A stretch of 63,159 bases of DNA, the filler included, from Pelomyxa schiedti (lineage: Eukaryota > Protista > Evosea), in the NCBI GenBank assembly GCA_020536535.1. It is 7 parts of 7 records of this genome, joined end to end, with 100 filler letters (N's around TTAATTAATTAA, not from the genome) between each part and the next. Parts side by side here need not be neighbours in the genome. Positions count along the whole stretch, not along the records: positions 1 to 30,137 come from JAHLWZ010001003.1; 6 more parts are not named here. The stretch is one strand, 5' to 3'. The position numbers and the translations under genes were made by a program. Positions 10,994 to 23,100 of the stretch are shown here, piece by piece. Position 1 is the stretch's first letter; each line of letters starts with the position of its first letter. The notes beneath the pieces were generated by a model. That model searched no databases. It had not been told where the DNA came from and saw only the letters and a program-made list of their open reading frames with translations.

Positions 10994-13277
10994 ATGGGGA
11001 ACGGACCAGGTACACAAACACTACAACCAACTAGAGATCTGTATTGGTTTTCCGTTCTTGTTTGGTTACTGTGGCGAAACGATGGTTTTTTTTTTGTCGT
11101 GACTTACGACGTCACAAGCGAAGGAAATGAAGAAGAGGAAGAAGTTGGAGAAAGTGGATATGCGCAAGAGTATGATTGCGGAGATCCCTCCTGAGGTTGC
11201 CGTGTTGAAGTGTCGGGAGCTATTGCTCAGCGAGAACGACATCACGCGGTTACCAGAGGAAATTGGCAAACTCACCAACGTCGAGGTAGTATTCACCCCC
11301 CACAACGATGCTTGGTTTGTGACATTGTGATCAGATTATGGATTTATCCAAAAACCGAATCAGTGTTCTGCCTCCAGAGGTTGGCGACTTGAAAACTCTG
11401 CAGCAGTTGTATTTGTCAGGGAATAAACTTTTCTTTGCTCCACTTACCCCAAAAATCGGGTATGTACATCTCTTATGAAGCTTCGATTTCGTTAATTCTT
11501 CTTAGCGCACTTTCTGCACTTCAAAAACTTGACTTATCCGAAAACTCACTTACCGACGTTCCCGTTGAGATCAGCAGACTCGCAAAATTGACGTATCTTT
11601 CAATCCAATTACTGTTTTTATCCTGACTTCTATGAATAGTTTCCTCGACATCAGCAATAATCAAATCAAGATAATCCCTGCGGAGTACGGTGCCTTAGAG
11701 AACCTTCAGACATTCAACGCAAATCACAACCTCATTAAAACTCTCCCTCCAGAGATTGGTAACGTGTTCCCCCTGTGTTTTCAGCTTTTCTTATTTGATG
11801 AAGGAAACTGGCGATCCATGAAAGAACTTGATCTCAGTCAAAACCAACTCACAGCACTTCCCGACGAAATATCCAACATGAGAGGACTGGTGAGAAATCA
11901 AAAATGTCCTAATAATAATAGCCTCACAACCACAAAAGAGGATTCTTCGTGCTGGTTTCAACAAACTTACAATGCTACCTGAAACTCTGAGCCAACTTCA
12001 ATTCCTTCAAGAACTCGAACTTAGAGACAATCCTGCCATTGATATGCTCCCAACACTGGCGGCAATGGGTGAGCTGACAAAGCTCGATCTGCGCAATTTA
12101 CAGGTTTTTCCCCCATCCCATCCCCATTCCCTTGGTCTTAACACTCAAACAGCTCACCGTGGTTCCAGGCTTACAAAACCTCATCAATTTACAAGAACTT
12201 GATTTGCGAGACAACATTCACCTGAAGTATGAACAACCCTTCCACTTTGAAATAGGGTCATCTCAACCCGTTGCAGGGCCTTCCCAGAACAGATTGGAGC
12301 CCTTGTAAATCTCCGAAAGCTTTTCCTGAGTGGCTGCAATATCTCTGTTGTGCCCCCATTCATAGCGGCGCTCACACAATTGACTCTGCTCGATTTACGT
12401 AAGAACAACCTTACATCAGAGAGGATCCCCCCTGAAATCGGTGCCCTAACGCAGCTGTCCAAGTTGTACCTGAGTGAGAATGCCCTGTCAGTCTTACCCC
12501 AGGAAGTAACAAACCTCGTGGTAAGTTACCTTTCTCAACCTCCGCGATCCTAACAGTCCATCACCTAATATCAGATGATGCTCGACTTTGAGATTGCCAG
12601 CAACAGGCTGGTTGCTATCCCAGAGGAGATAGGACGATTGTCATCCCTCCAGAGGCTCAACGTGGCAACCAATCAACTCCACGCTCTTCCCGCTTCTCTT
12701 GGTATTTATAAATATAAATATAAATTATACCTTTTATCTCTATACTAACAATTTTTCACAGGTGCACTTTCAGACTTGGTTTACTTCGATGCCAAGGAGA
12801 ATCAAATCAAGGACTTGCCGCCGTCGATTGCCAACCTTAACGCATGTCACCCCGATTGAAATACCTAAAAATAGATAATAAATACAGCCTAAATCAATTC
12901 TTATACATTTTGTAAAATTAGAACCTAACTCCCAATGCAGAAGCTCGCGCGGTGCGATCTGAGCCACAACGCCCTCACACAGTTGCCGTGTGAGATGGGC
13001 AATATGGCCGCACTTACAACGCTTGAGGTGAGCCACAACAACCTGATCATTCCGCCAGGCCCGGAGGTGCTCAAAGGAACCCGCAACATGCTGGATTGGC
13101 TCAAGGAACATGAGAAGGTATTTTCCTTGCGCATACATAGTAGTTTAATGTTGTTGTTGCCGGCAAATGCTAACCGTCATCATTACAAAACCAACACAGA
13201 TCATCAGAGAGGGAAAGTTCAGCAACCTTGGTGTTGTGGATGCAACGGCAGATCCAAAGGCAAAGAAGAAGCCATAA
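10994..13277 (+). CDS. lrrA: Leucine-rich-repeat protein, LrrA/SHOC2-like, multi-exon
   Basis: Spliced N-terminus MGNGPAKEMKKRKKLEKVDMRK..CRELLLSENDITRLPEEIGKL closely resembles Dictyostelium LrrA as I recall it. Continuous LxxLxLxxN repeats. The MG start suggests myristoylation. Confidence 0.85.
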
Positions 13278-13514
13278 ACTTCACCCTGTTACATTTTACT
13301 TTGAAACACAATACAAATATTGTGTTTTGTGTTCGCTTTTCTTTTTGTTTATTAACCAACTTGTGTTGGCACCTATCACAAGCTACGTCAGGCTCTCAAA
13401 CTCAAAACTGAATGTCGAGTCTCGTATTAATGTGTTGGAGGGCTGATTTATTATTTTTTTTTGAAACGCTGTACCTAACGTCAAAAAAGAAATAAATTAA
13501 ATTGTTTTGCAGCT

Positions 13515-14539
13515 CTACAACACAGAGTGTGCCTCTTCAAATGAGGAATAGCTCCATGGATAACAGCAATCATGACACTCAGACATTATGGCTTTGTGCC
13601 ATTCTGTTGAAATGCAGTCAGAGCAACCTTTCCCCTTCAGCCTCAGGCACAGGCCTCTAATTCTGTGAACAGAAACAACAAAGGCCGGAATGGCACAGAA
13701 TATCACGAACAGGTCATACCATGCACACAGGAACTGGTAACAGGGCACCATGCATGGCATGTATATTGTGCTGGAGTCATTGGGAGAGCACTCTGAGCAC
13801 CACGGCGCACTCTGATTGTTAACAATCATAATGACTGTTTTGGGAACCCTCCATGGGAAAAGTACGATGAGAAGCCATGATAGTACTGCCGGAAGAAGGC
13901 AACATCCAAACTGTGATACAAGTGAGGAAATAAAATAGGAAGGATGAAAACGGCAAAATAAAGTCAACCATCCAGAATCCCATTTTTGCAAGCAAAACAG
14001 CCGTTCCTTTTACAAGCCCCGAAGCGAGGCCACCCTCCTTTGCATAATGATATGTGACACAGGCCCATTGCAGCCAGTTGAACGGGTCCATAATCATGAA
14101 CAGAAGTCCAAGTGGGAAAGCAAGGATCAAGAACAGCAGCAGTGCGAAAAGCACCTTGATAACATCCATACAGTCATCAATCCTAGGGCAGCACCAATAA
14201 AGGCACTCGCACCTTCTCTGCAAATTCATTACTTTTGAATACAAACGCAACAACCCAAAAATCCACTATTTAATAGTATTGCAAAAACAAAAAAATTGAA
14301 CAGTACCATATATATACAAAAAAAAGGTAAACCAACACAACGTAATAAAAATAAAATTAATGTTGTCGCGGCGTGGATTCCGCTGCGTGCTTCCACAACC
14401 ACAAATAATAAGTGGGGACACTCACTGGTTTTTTCTTGACCAGTGGGGCGTCTACGCCCGCGCCGCCCGTTGGTGTGTTGATGCCCCCACCCCCTCCTGC
14501 CGTGCCGTACTCCGCGTCCCCTGCTTCCCGGTCCTTCAT
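13515..14539 (-). CDS. Cys-rich multi-pass membrane protein, unknown function, 3 exons
   Basis: ATG at 14539 (MKDREAGDAEY). Hydrophobic segments in ORFs 13819-14253 and 13515-13991 are joined in phase by a pyrimidine-rich GT-AG intron (~13914-13969). Confidence 0.7.
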
Positions 14540-14857
14540 CCTCCAAAAACCGCCGCTAATTTGTTGTTTTGATGGTTGTTCTTTAGGCCAAAATAACGGC
14601 GAACGTAACGATCGGAATACCAAAAAGGAGTCGGTCGTACTGTGCTGTTAGTGTAGGTGTCATTGACGGATGCGACGAAATGTTCGGACGTGTTGTCTAT
14701 TGGATGGACCGAAGTATTGGCAAGAAAACCTGGAATTTACTCTACTTATTTTCCATTGAGACAAGCGCTTGGGAGCATCTCAAAAAAAAAGAAGTAACTG
14801 CATAATGCAGTGAACTTCTTTTGTTCTATTTTACACAGTAGAATTTGCTTTAACAAA

Positions 14858-15742
14858 TTAATCGTGTGTTGTTGGTGGGAGAGGTTCTGGAGTGATATCA
14901 TACTCTTCTTGTGGTTGTTGTTCATCCTCGGAAATAGAAGACCAAGAAGAACGGCTGGAAGATGACATGGTGCTATCCCCGTTCTGCTGTATGTCACTGT
15001 ACTCATCAGCCACTACCACGTCAGGTTCCTGCACCACGGTGGCGGGAGGCACAGTATCTCTTGAGGAGTTGCTCTCTGGTAACGTGTCTGAACTTATTGT
15101 GGCAGCAGTAGTACTGGGGGTCCAAGAAACTCCCCGATAAGCAGCAAACGCATACAACTTGGCGGGAGTTAGCGAAATGGTACATTGTTTGTGAATTTGT
15201 GAAGCACTTACTCCTCCACAGAAAACTAGTCCCAAACCGCCAGCAATGGTGAACCATGAAAACATCAACGGAGCGGCCAGTCTGAGTTATTGTGAGATAG
15301 TGCGGAAATGAACAGCAAGAGCATACATTACATAAGTGCCGGAGTGGAGTGCAGAGTGCGAGTTCAGTCTTGCCCTCAGGCTCCCAATAGGTTTCTCCAA
15401 CACAATAACAACAATTGCAAGCAATATAGAAACTACTCCAAGAAGAATGTCCTTTACATGCTTGAAAAACAATGCAATTCCCCCCAAAATCAACAGTACT
15501 ATGTACAGTAAGTAAATGTGGAAAGGCGAGGAAATTATGTCTCGGACTTGTCTCATTTTATAGTATATAAACAAAGAAGGAAAAAAACCTGGTACGTCGA
15601 GTAGCCCCGAGATCCGCGCTACGTCGGCAACATTGTAGTTGTAGAGCGTGCTGAGGTTGACAACATTATGGGACAGCCACCCGACGACGCCAACAATGCC
15701 ACCAAAAACACCCCTTAACATCCTGCTCGTACCACCTCCCAT
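14858..15742 (-). CDS. cybA: p22phox (cytochrome b558 alpha chain)-like membrane protein, 4 exons
   Basis: Spliced product has LLILGGIA..LGVVSILLAIVVIVLEKPIG..YVILAAPLMFSWFTIAGGLGLVFCGGLYAFAAYRGVSWTP. This parallels p22phox LILITGGIV..GAYSIVAGVFVCLLEYPRG..IYLLAAVRGEQWTP. Confidence 0.7.
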
Positions 15743-16638
15743 TATTCAGTTTTATTCACCCAGCAAGTCGGGTTCTGCTCGGGGACACAGAGCGCCATGT
15801 CGAAATTTTTAAATTTTTTATGAAGGCCCACCCTCGCAGCGGATCGAGGAGGCAACGATTTCCCGACTTAAACGAGAGTGTGAATGCTATGCTCTGTGAT
15901 CCACAATGGCTCAGCTCTCAAAAAACACAAGTGCTTACCCATAATTCATAAACCGAAAAAAAATATCCTGTGTCCTTCAAAACCAACAATAACCACTTGG
16001 GATTCCCACCCCCAAATACAGGTTTCAATGTACATTGCACTGTCCTGATGTAAGACCACTTCTATGGCATTCTAACAATGTCTCAATGACTCTTTACCTT
16101 TATTTGGCCAAAAAAATGCAAGAAAACAGTTTCCAAGTTTTTGACATCCTACGAGAGCTGCCAATGCCAGTACCCAACCAACACTGAACATCAAAAAGGT
16201 TAGCTCTGTGTAAGAGGTGGTGGAACAGTGGGTACAAAGTCAAGGGTACCACCAGAGATAAAACCAGTTTCCACAAGTACCATAGGGCACATACCACAGA
16301 TAGCTAAGCATGTGCCGGACCAGGCGCTCCACTTGGGCTGTGGAGACTTGTCTCGGGCCCCAACGTCCCCACCGTTTTGGTTCAAACCCTGGCAGGGAAG
16401 GAATGTGCTGGTTACTCACTGTTGTGTGGATAACATTGGTGGTCCTATCCACCTTAGTGTATTATGTGGAAAGGTAACTGAAAAATGAGAGATGCATTGT
16501 TCTATGTTGGGAACAAGTGTGCGAAGAAAGGTACGCCACACTGTTGTAAATTCTCTATGCTCTCTCTCTTTGGAGACTGTTCCGTCCTCTTTCTGACCTT
16601 GATTTATGCGAACTGGTAGACATCAAACAACAAATCAA

Positions 16639-17799
16639 ATGTCGGACAACAGACTAGAGTCTACGTTGTTGATAGTGAAGGAGTGCTTCGTGTACCGGCT
16701 CAAGGCACGGACATCAGCGGAGGGATACCGGGCCGAGGGCTGGGGCCCGGCAGATCTGATATGGCAGGGGAAACTCGTCGTGGTAGAGAGGGGCGACATC
16801 CCAGTAATCAAGCTCATAAACCCAACTAACGGTGTGTATTCCCCGCAATTATGGGGCGGCGTACCCGACGAAACTTGGGGACTACGGGGGAGGGGGGTTA
16901 GATACGTACACAGTTTAATAAAGGCGATTATGAATTGTGGGTGGGTGTGGTGGATTGTATTAATTGAACTATTTACTTTCGAAACGGTGGGTTTATTATT
17001 TTCTACTCTTATTGTTTTCGTTTGGTTCTTTTTCCTGGGTTTTTTCTAATTAAAACGTACAGGAGAATTGTTTGCTCAGTGCCCAGTGAATTCTCCAACT
17101 GCTGTGGAACCTGTTATTGATAGTAGCAGATACTTCGTGCTCCGTTTGGAGGATGAACGGAATGGTAGGCATATAAATTTATAAATGCTGAAGTACTTAC
17201 TAACTCTTTAAAAGGACGGCATGCTTATGTTGGTATGGGATTTGTTGATAGGACCGAGGCATTTGATTTCAATGCCGCTTTACATGATCATGCAAGGCAA
17301 GAACCCAATTCCTTTCCGAATATTTAATTAACTTATATTAGGCGCCAACAAGAAGCAAAAGAACTTGCCGCTCGAAGGGCCGAAGAAGCAAGTAAACCAC
17401 CCGTTGATTACAGCCTCCATCAACCAATTACCGTCAGTCTCAATCTAAAGGTCGGCTCCCACCTGCCACCACACTCTTCTTCATATAATCTGAATACTAA
17501 TGCTATTCTATACACTTCAGACTGCTCCGGCCCGCACCAGCCCTTCCACAACAGAAGGATTTGGAGGCGGGGGACTCCTTGCACCACCCCCGGGATCAGC
17601 AGCGCACACCAGACAGCGCCAGGCTGCAGCACAGCCCTCTCCCTCTCCCCAGCAACAACTCTTTGGTGGATTCACATCAGCCCCTCCTCCACCTTCAGCA
17701 ACAAATAACAACAACAGCTGGGGAGGATTTGTAAGCTCCCCAACACCAACCCCACAACCAAGGACACCTTCCCAACCCTTTGGTGGCTCTTTGCTCTGA
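16639..17799 (+). CDS. NECAP: NECAP adaptin ear-binding coat-associated protein
   Basis: ECFVYRL..GYRAEGW, GELFAQCPV, AVEPVIDSSRYFVLR, HAYVGMGF..AFDFNAALHDH (PHear domain). Pro-rich tail with WGGF. Confidence 0.95.
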
Positions 17800-17991
17800 A
17801 AACAAACAACACTAAAAAACTCCTGCACAAAACTCGAAGAACGAAACGATTCGTTCCTCTTTCTTCTAAACTTCTAAGCCCTTGTGCAACTGCATCCTTT
17901 GGCATTAATCACCGGCGGCGAATCTGTCTTCTAAGACTTAGACCCGAAGAGTAAAAGCAAATAAAAAACCAAGTAAACAGACGATCTAGTG

Positions 17992-19939
17992 ATGGCCGCC
18001 GCTACACCAAAGACATTGAAGCCACTTGTTGGGTTCACACCAAGGCCCGGTCCTGTTGTATTCATCATTCTCGACGGTTGGGGTGTTGATAAACCAGGAA
18101 AAGGTCGGTATTGTCGTCTCTTTATCACTTGATTTGTTACAACTGTGTACCACAACACCTCACGAACGTAGTATTAGCGATGTACTCATTGTAATGGTTG
18201 AATAAATGCAGGAAACGGTATCACACTCGCCGATCCCGCTTACTACAATGAGCTTGTTGCGACTGCAAAGGCGAATAACATGCACACACTCGTGAAGGCC
18301 CACGGCCCTGCCGTTGGGTTGCCCGCCGATGCTGATATGGGCAACAGTGAGGTCGGTCACAATGCCCTTGGTTGCGGTCAGATTTACTCCCAGGTATCTC
18401 TCCATGCTCTTCCGTTATTCGCTCTTTTGACTTGATTGTAGGGTGCTAAATTGGTCAATGAATCCCTGGCGTCTGGTAACTTCTTCCGATCTAAGAACTG
18501 GAACGATGTCGTAGGTGCAGCCGTTGCGGAAGGGAAAACTGTTCACTTCTTTGGGCTCCTGAGTGATGGTAACGTTCATTCGCACATCACCCAGCTCTTT
18601 GGCATGATGGAGGGAGTCATGAAATGCGGTGGAAAGAAAATCCGTGTGCACCCACTTCTTGATGGACGCGATGTTGCTCCCGACAGTGGGCTTAAGTTCA
18701 TTGGAATGTTGGAGGAGAAGTTGGAGCAGCTGCGCGCAGCTGGTGTTGATGCAAGGATAGGGTCTGGTGGTGGCAGGATGTACGTCACCATGGACAGGTA
18801 CTGCTCCCACAAAACCACCCACAACAAACTCTGACTTACCCAATCAGATACGGAAGCGACTGGGGGATAGTCAAGCGCGGCTGGGATGCTCACGTTCGTG
18901 GTGTTGTTGCCCCAGCAGATATCACTGCTGATTATCCAGGCTACTTCCCTTCTGCAGTTGAGGCCATAACATGTGCAAGGCGTGTTTACCCCAAGAAACT
19001 GGACCAATTCAATCCTCCATTTGTCATTGTTGATTCCACTGGAGCACCTATTGGCCGCATGGTTGATGGAGATGCCGTTATCAATTTCAACTTCCGTGGT
19101 GATCGTGCTGTTCAAATTTCAAAGGCTTTCATTGATGAGAACTTCACGTTCTTTGACCGTGAAGAGAGACCCCGTGTCCGATATGCTGGACTCCTAGAGT
19201 ATGACACAGAGTGGCACATTCCCCCAGTATTCCTTTGTGACCCACCCTCTATCCATAATACTTCCTCTGAATTTATTACTGCTACTGGAATTACCTGCTA
19301 TGCTCTCGCTGAGACCCACAAGTTTGGGCACATGACTTTCTTCTGGAACGGAAACAAGTCTGGCTACATTGCTCCCGCACTCGAGCTTTATGAGGAAGTC
19401 AGAAGCTTGCCAAATGAGGCCACGGAGTCGCATCCAGAGATGAAGGCCGCTGAAGTTACAGACAAGCTCATTGCCGCAATAGAAACCGGAAAGTACAAGT
19501 GGATGCGATGCAACTACGCCAACACAGACATGGTCGGCCACACTGGCAACATCCCGGCTGTCGTTGAATCAGGTAATTCACCCCGCCAGACACCACCAAT
19601 CCTTATACTAACATTTCCACAGTCAAGGTAGTTGATGCCCAGCTCAGGCGCGTTGTTCCGCTCGTTCTAGCAAAGAAGGGCATTTGCGTTATTACCGCGG
19701 ACCACGGCAACGCCGAGCAGATGATTGACAAGGCCGGAGCCGTAATGACCAGCCACACATGCAACCCAGTTGACTTTATGATCATCGACGGCGACCCCCA
19801 CAACGACTTTGTGGTTGACACATCAGTACTTCCCACACCACCAGGTCTTGCAAACCTCACAGCAACCTACATCAACCTCCTTGGCTATGAGGCCCCCGCA
19901 AACTACCAGCCCTCTTTCCTCAAGATAAAGCGCACTTAA
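17992..19939 (+). CDS. gpmI: 2,3-bisphosphoglycerate-independent phosphoglycerate mutase
   Basis: ILDGWG, MGNSEVGH, LSDGNVHSH, LDGRD, NFRGDR, AETHKFGHMTFFWNG, DMVGHTG, TADHGNAE, SHT. Confidence 0.97.
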
Positions 19940-20145
19940 TAATACAATTTAGCCTTTCACCCCTTTGAGTTGTCACTCCACTCCTTATTTTCACTTTGAT
20001 TTGAATATAAGTTACAAGGAGAAAACATCTCTTTTCTAAAAACACAAAATTGAGAGGTACATAGCTAAGTGGTGTTGGTTGTGTGCTGTAAGGTTGCAAT
20101 AGAATTATGCACCTAAAGGGAGGCTCCTGGAAACAGTGAGTGGTT

Positions 20146-23100
20146 TTAGGTGCTTCCTTCACGTAAATGTGATAGGAGGTGGTCCAGTTCTCTGGTGATT
20201 TCACTGAAACCTAAGTGGTGACGTGAGTGAATGGTTTGGTTATTGTATGATACTTGGCCTGTTGTGGGGCTCCGCGGACCAACAAACTGTGATCAATTGC
20301 GCTATCTCCTCAGGTAGAACCCCATCCAATGGGAGTCTCTGTGGAACCGGGTAAGTGCGGGAAGGATAAGAAGGAAAGAAACAAACCTTCCCTGCCATTA
20401 CAAAGTCAATGATTCCTGTGGGAGAGATAAGATTCCGTTTAACTTTTTGAGTGTTTATGCACACCCCACATGGACGGGAACCCGGCAAATGGCTCCGTCC
20501 CAGTGATAACGTGATAAGCCACATGGCTGAAGCTGAGAACCAGTTAAAAAAAGGTGAACCGTAATAAAATCGCACCTATATACATCAACACTCTCATTAT
20601 AAGCTCCATTTTTCAGAAGTTCCTATTGTAAGTCAGAGGTTCCTTCACAAAGTGTTTCACATACTGGAGCCATGAAAGCTGGGGTACCTATCTGCGAGGA
20701 ATAAGTGAATATTTCCGGTAAACAAAGAAAATACTCCAATTGTATATTGCCCTGTGGCTTTGATTCTGTTGATGTCTCTTGTTGTTCCAAAATCTGAGTT
20801 ATGTTGTGAACAACTTCCTTTCTCGGGGTTACATACCGGTAAGCTTGCAATTAAGCATTGCCAATTCATCAAGAGATACCATCTAAAAATTGGTGAGGTT
20901 TGGGAACTGTAGTAACACCAAAAACCAGTAGGTTATCAGTCTTTAGGTCTCGATGGAGGAAATGACTGCTGTGAAGGAAATTCATTCCTCGTGCACAATC
21001 GAGGAGACATTTCAGCTTGAGTCTTGGAGAGAAAGGGTATGTCTATATATGGTTACAGTGGTTTTTGTGCTGAACTCTTTTTACCTTCAAACAATTTGCA
21101 AGGTTGCCAAGGGAGAAAAACTCCTGAAAATAAAGTGAATGCAGAGGAATTTTACTTGGACCGTACAGTGACAATGGCTAGTTTTCCTGGTGTCCTGCAT
21201 GCACCATAAAAATGCACAATCTAAGATAAGACAGTAACTATCGGTTAAGATCCGCGAGTCACAAGTCATACTTGGGGACATCTGACTGCCTCCAGGGCAC
21301 GAACTTCGTTCATGAAGTCGGACATAGCATCAGTTCCTTCTTGAAACTATCCCAAATATGTGTGAAAAATATTTTGGGCTTGTGGGCACTCGTGGTACCT
21401 TGATGACTTTCACAGCAACTTCTTGACTCCGCCTAGATAATGTTATTTGTGGCACAGCAGATTGTAAATTAAATACCACTCCGCCTTATAGACAATGCCA
21501 TAAGAGCCTGAAAACGAATTTATTGTTAGTTTCCACGAAAAACAAAAAAAGAGGAAAACCTTCGCCAATGCAGGGCTTATGCAACTAAAGTCTGTGGTTA
21601 GATAAATTGTTTCTAAGTTATTTATTATCACGGAACCTGAATTTCATCAAAATCAAGGAAAGTAGAGAGCATAGATTCCATGTGAATCTTCAGTGATACG
21701 AACATCTGTAGCCTGTTAATGCGAAAAGCATCACTTTTAATGAAAGAACTTGTTGTTCCGCCTCCTCAGAATCTTTGAATAATCCTTAGAATTCCAAAAG
21801 GATAATAAAAGGAAAAAAACCTGAAAAGCAAAGTATGAGAACATCTGTGTCTATAACAGTGGTACAAAGAATGGTGAACTTCAAAGTGACCGTTGTTGTA
21901 CGTTTCTGTGACGTTTAAGTACAACAACAGGTGTTGAAAGTAGTGCGCACCCCCTTCAATCGCCCCACTTCGGGGAAAACCGATAAGGCATACTTGGCAC
22001 TCTGAGGAGCCATAACTTTGAATGCCACTGCCTTCCTTCTGAACTTATTTGAGATGAGGATGCACTGTGTCATCTCTGTGCCAACTGGAGCTTGGTGGTT
22101 GCCAAGTCCGAAGTCAAGTGATATTGGGTCGACCTGGATTGTTTCATTCAAGTTAAAAATTGTTGTAAGTTGTTTGGTTACAGTACTTGAAGTGGAAATT
22201 CTTCGGAAGTTGTATGCCTAAAGCTAATCAGACGTGCATAACACAGGTAGAACTTACTTGAAGCCATCAAGATTAATGGAGGCATCAGTGTACAAAAGCC
22301 GAGACAGAGAAGGTGCACGAAGTAAGGTGTAATTTCCGCGTCGATGGTCTCTCCACATCCTGTGTAGAAATTACTCTCAAAAAAAGGTGAGTTTTTACTT
22401 ACTTGACACCAAGTACAACAGAAAAAGCAATGAACGAGATTGCAAAAATGCAAGTAGGTATCGAAATCGCCAAAATTATTGTTAGACTAATACCCGAATC
22501 ATCACTGTCAGGTGTGGAAACCAATTTGGATTCCTGTGGTAATGTGTAAGAGAGGAAAGCTAGGTCGGTATACCGATAGAAAGCTTGATTCCGATGCCGA
22601 TTGGGAAACAGAGTTCAGTGACTCAGAAACCGATACGGACTGAGAAATGGAATTGGAATTGGAAGTGGACGAAGATATTGAACTCGACTCGGAACTCAGT
22701 TTTGAGGAGTATGAGTCGGAGGTTGAGTCTGAGTAAGAGGTGGAATCGGATGTGGAATCTGATGTGGATGTTGATGGTGATAAAGAGTCTGACCCAGAAC
22801 AGGATACTGAAACTGACTTGGAAGAGGAGTCGGATGAGGAGAAGGAATCAGAAACCGACGGAGATTGTGTGTATGATGAAGATGACGCAGAGTCTGACTC
22901 AGAGAAAGAGGATGATATCGACTGAGATGAAGATGACGTTGAGCCTGACTTAGATGATATGGAGAAAGAATCAACTGAAGCTGAGGTTGACAGAGATTCA
23001 GACAAAGAAGAGGACGATGTAGATGCTGAGAGAGACTCTGAGAGGGATGAACTAAATGAAGATGAACAAATGTCAATCCACTTTTCTGGAGCTTCAGAGG

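Noticed and set aside
16020-16490. Short ORFs upstream of NECAP
   Set aside because: No recognisable motif or consistent exon chain.
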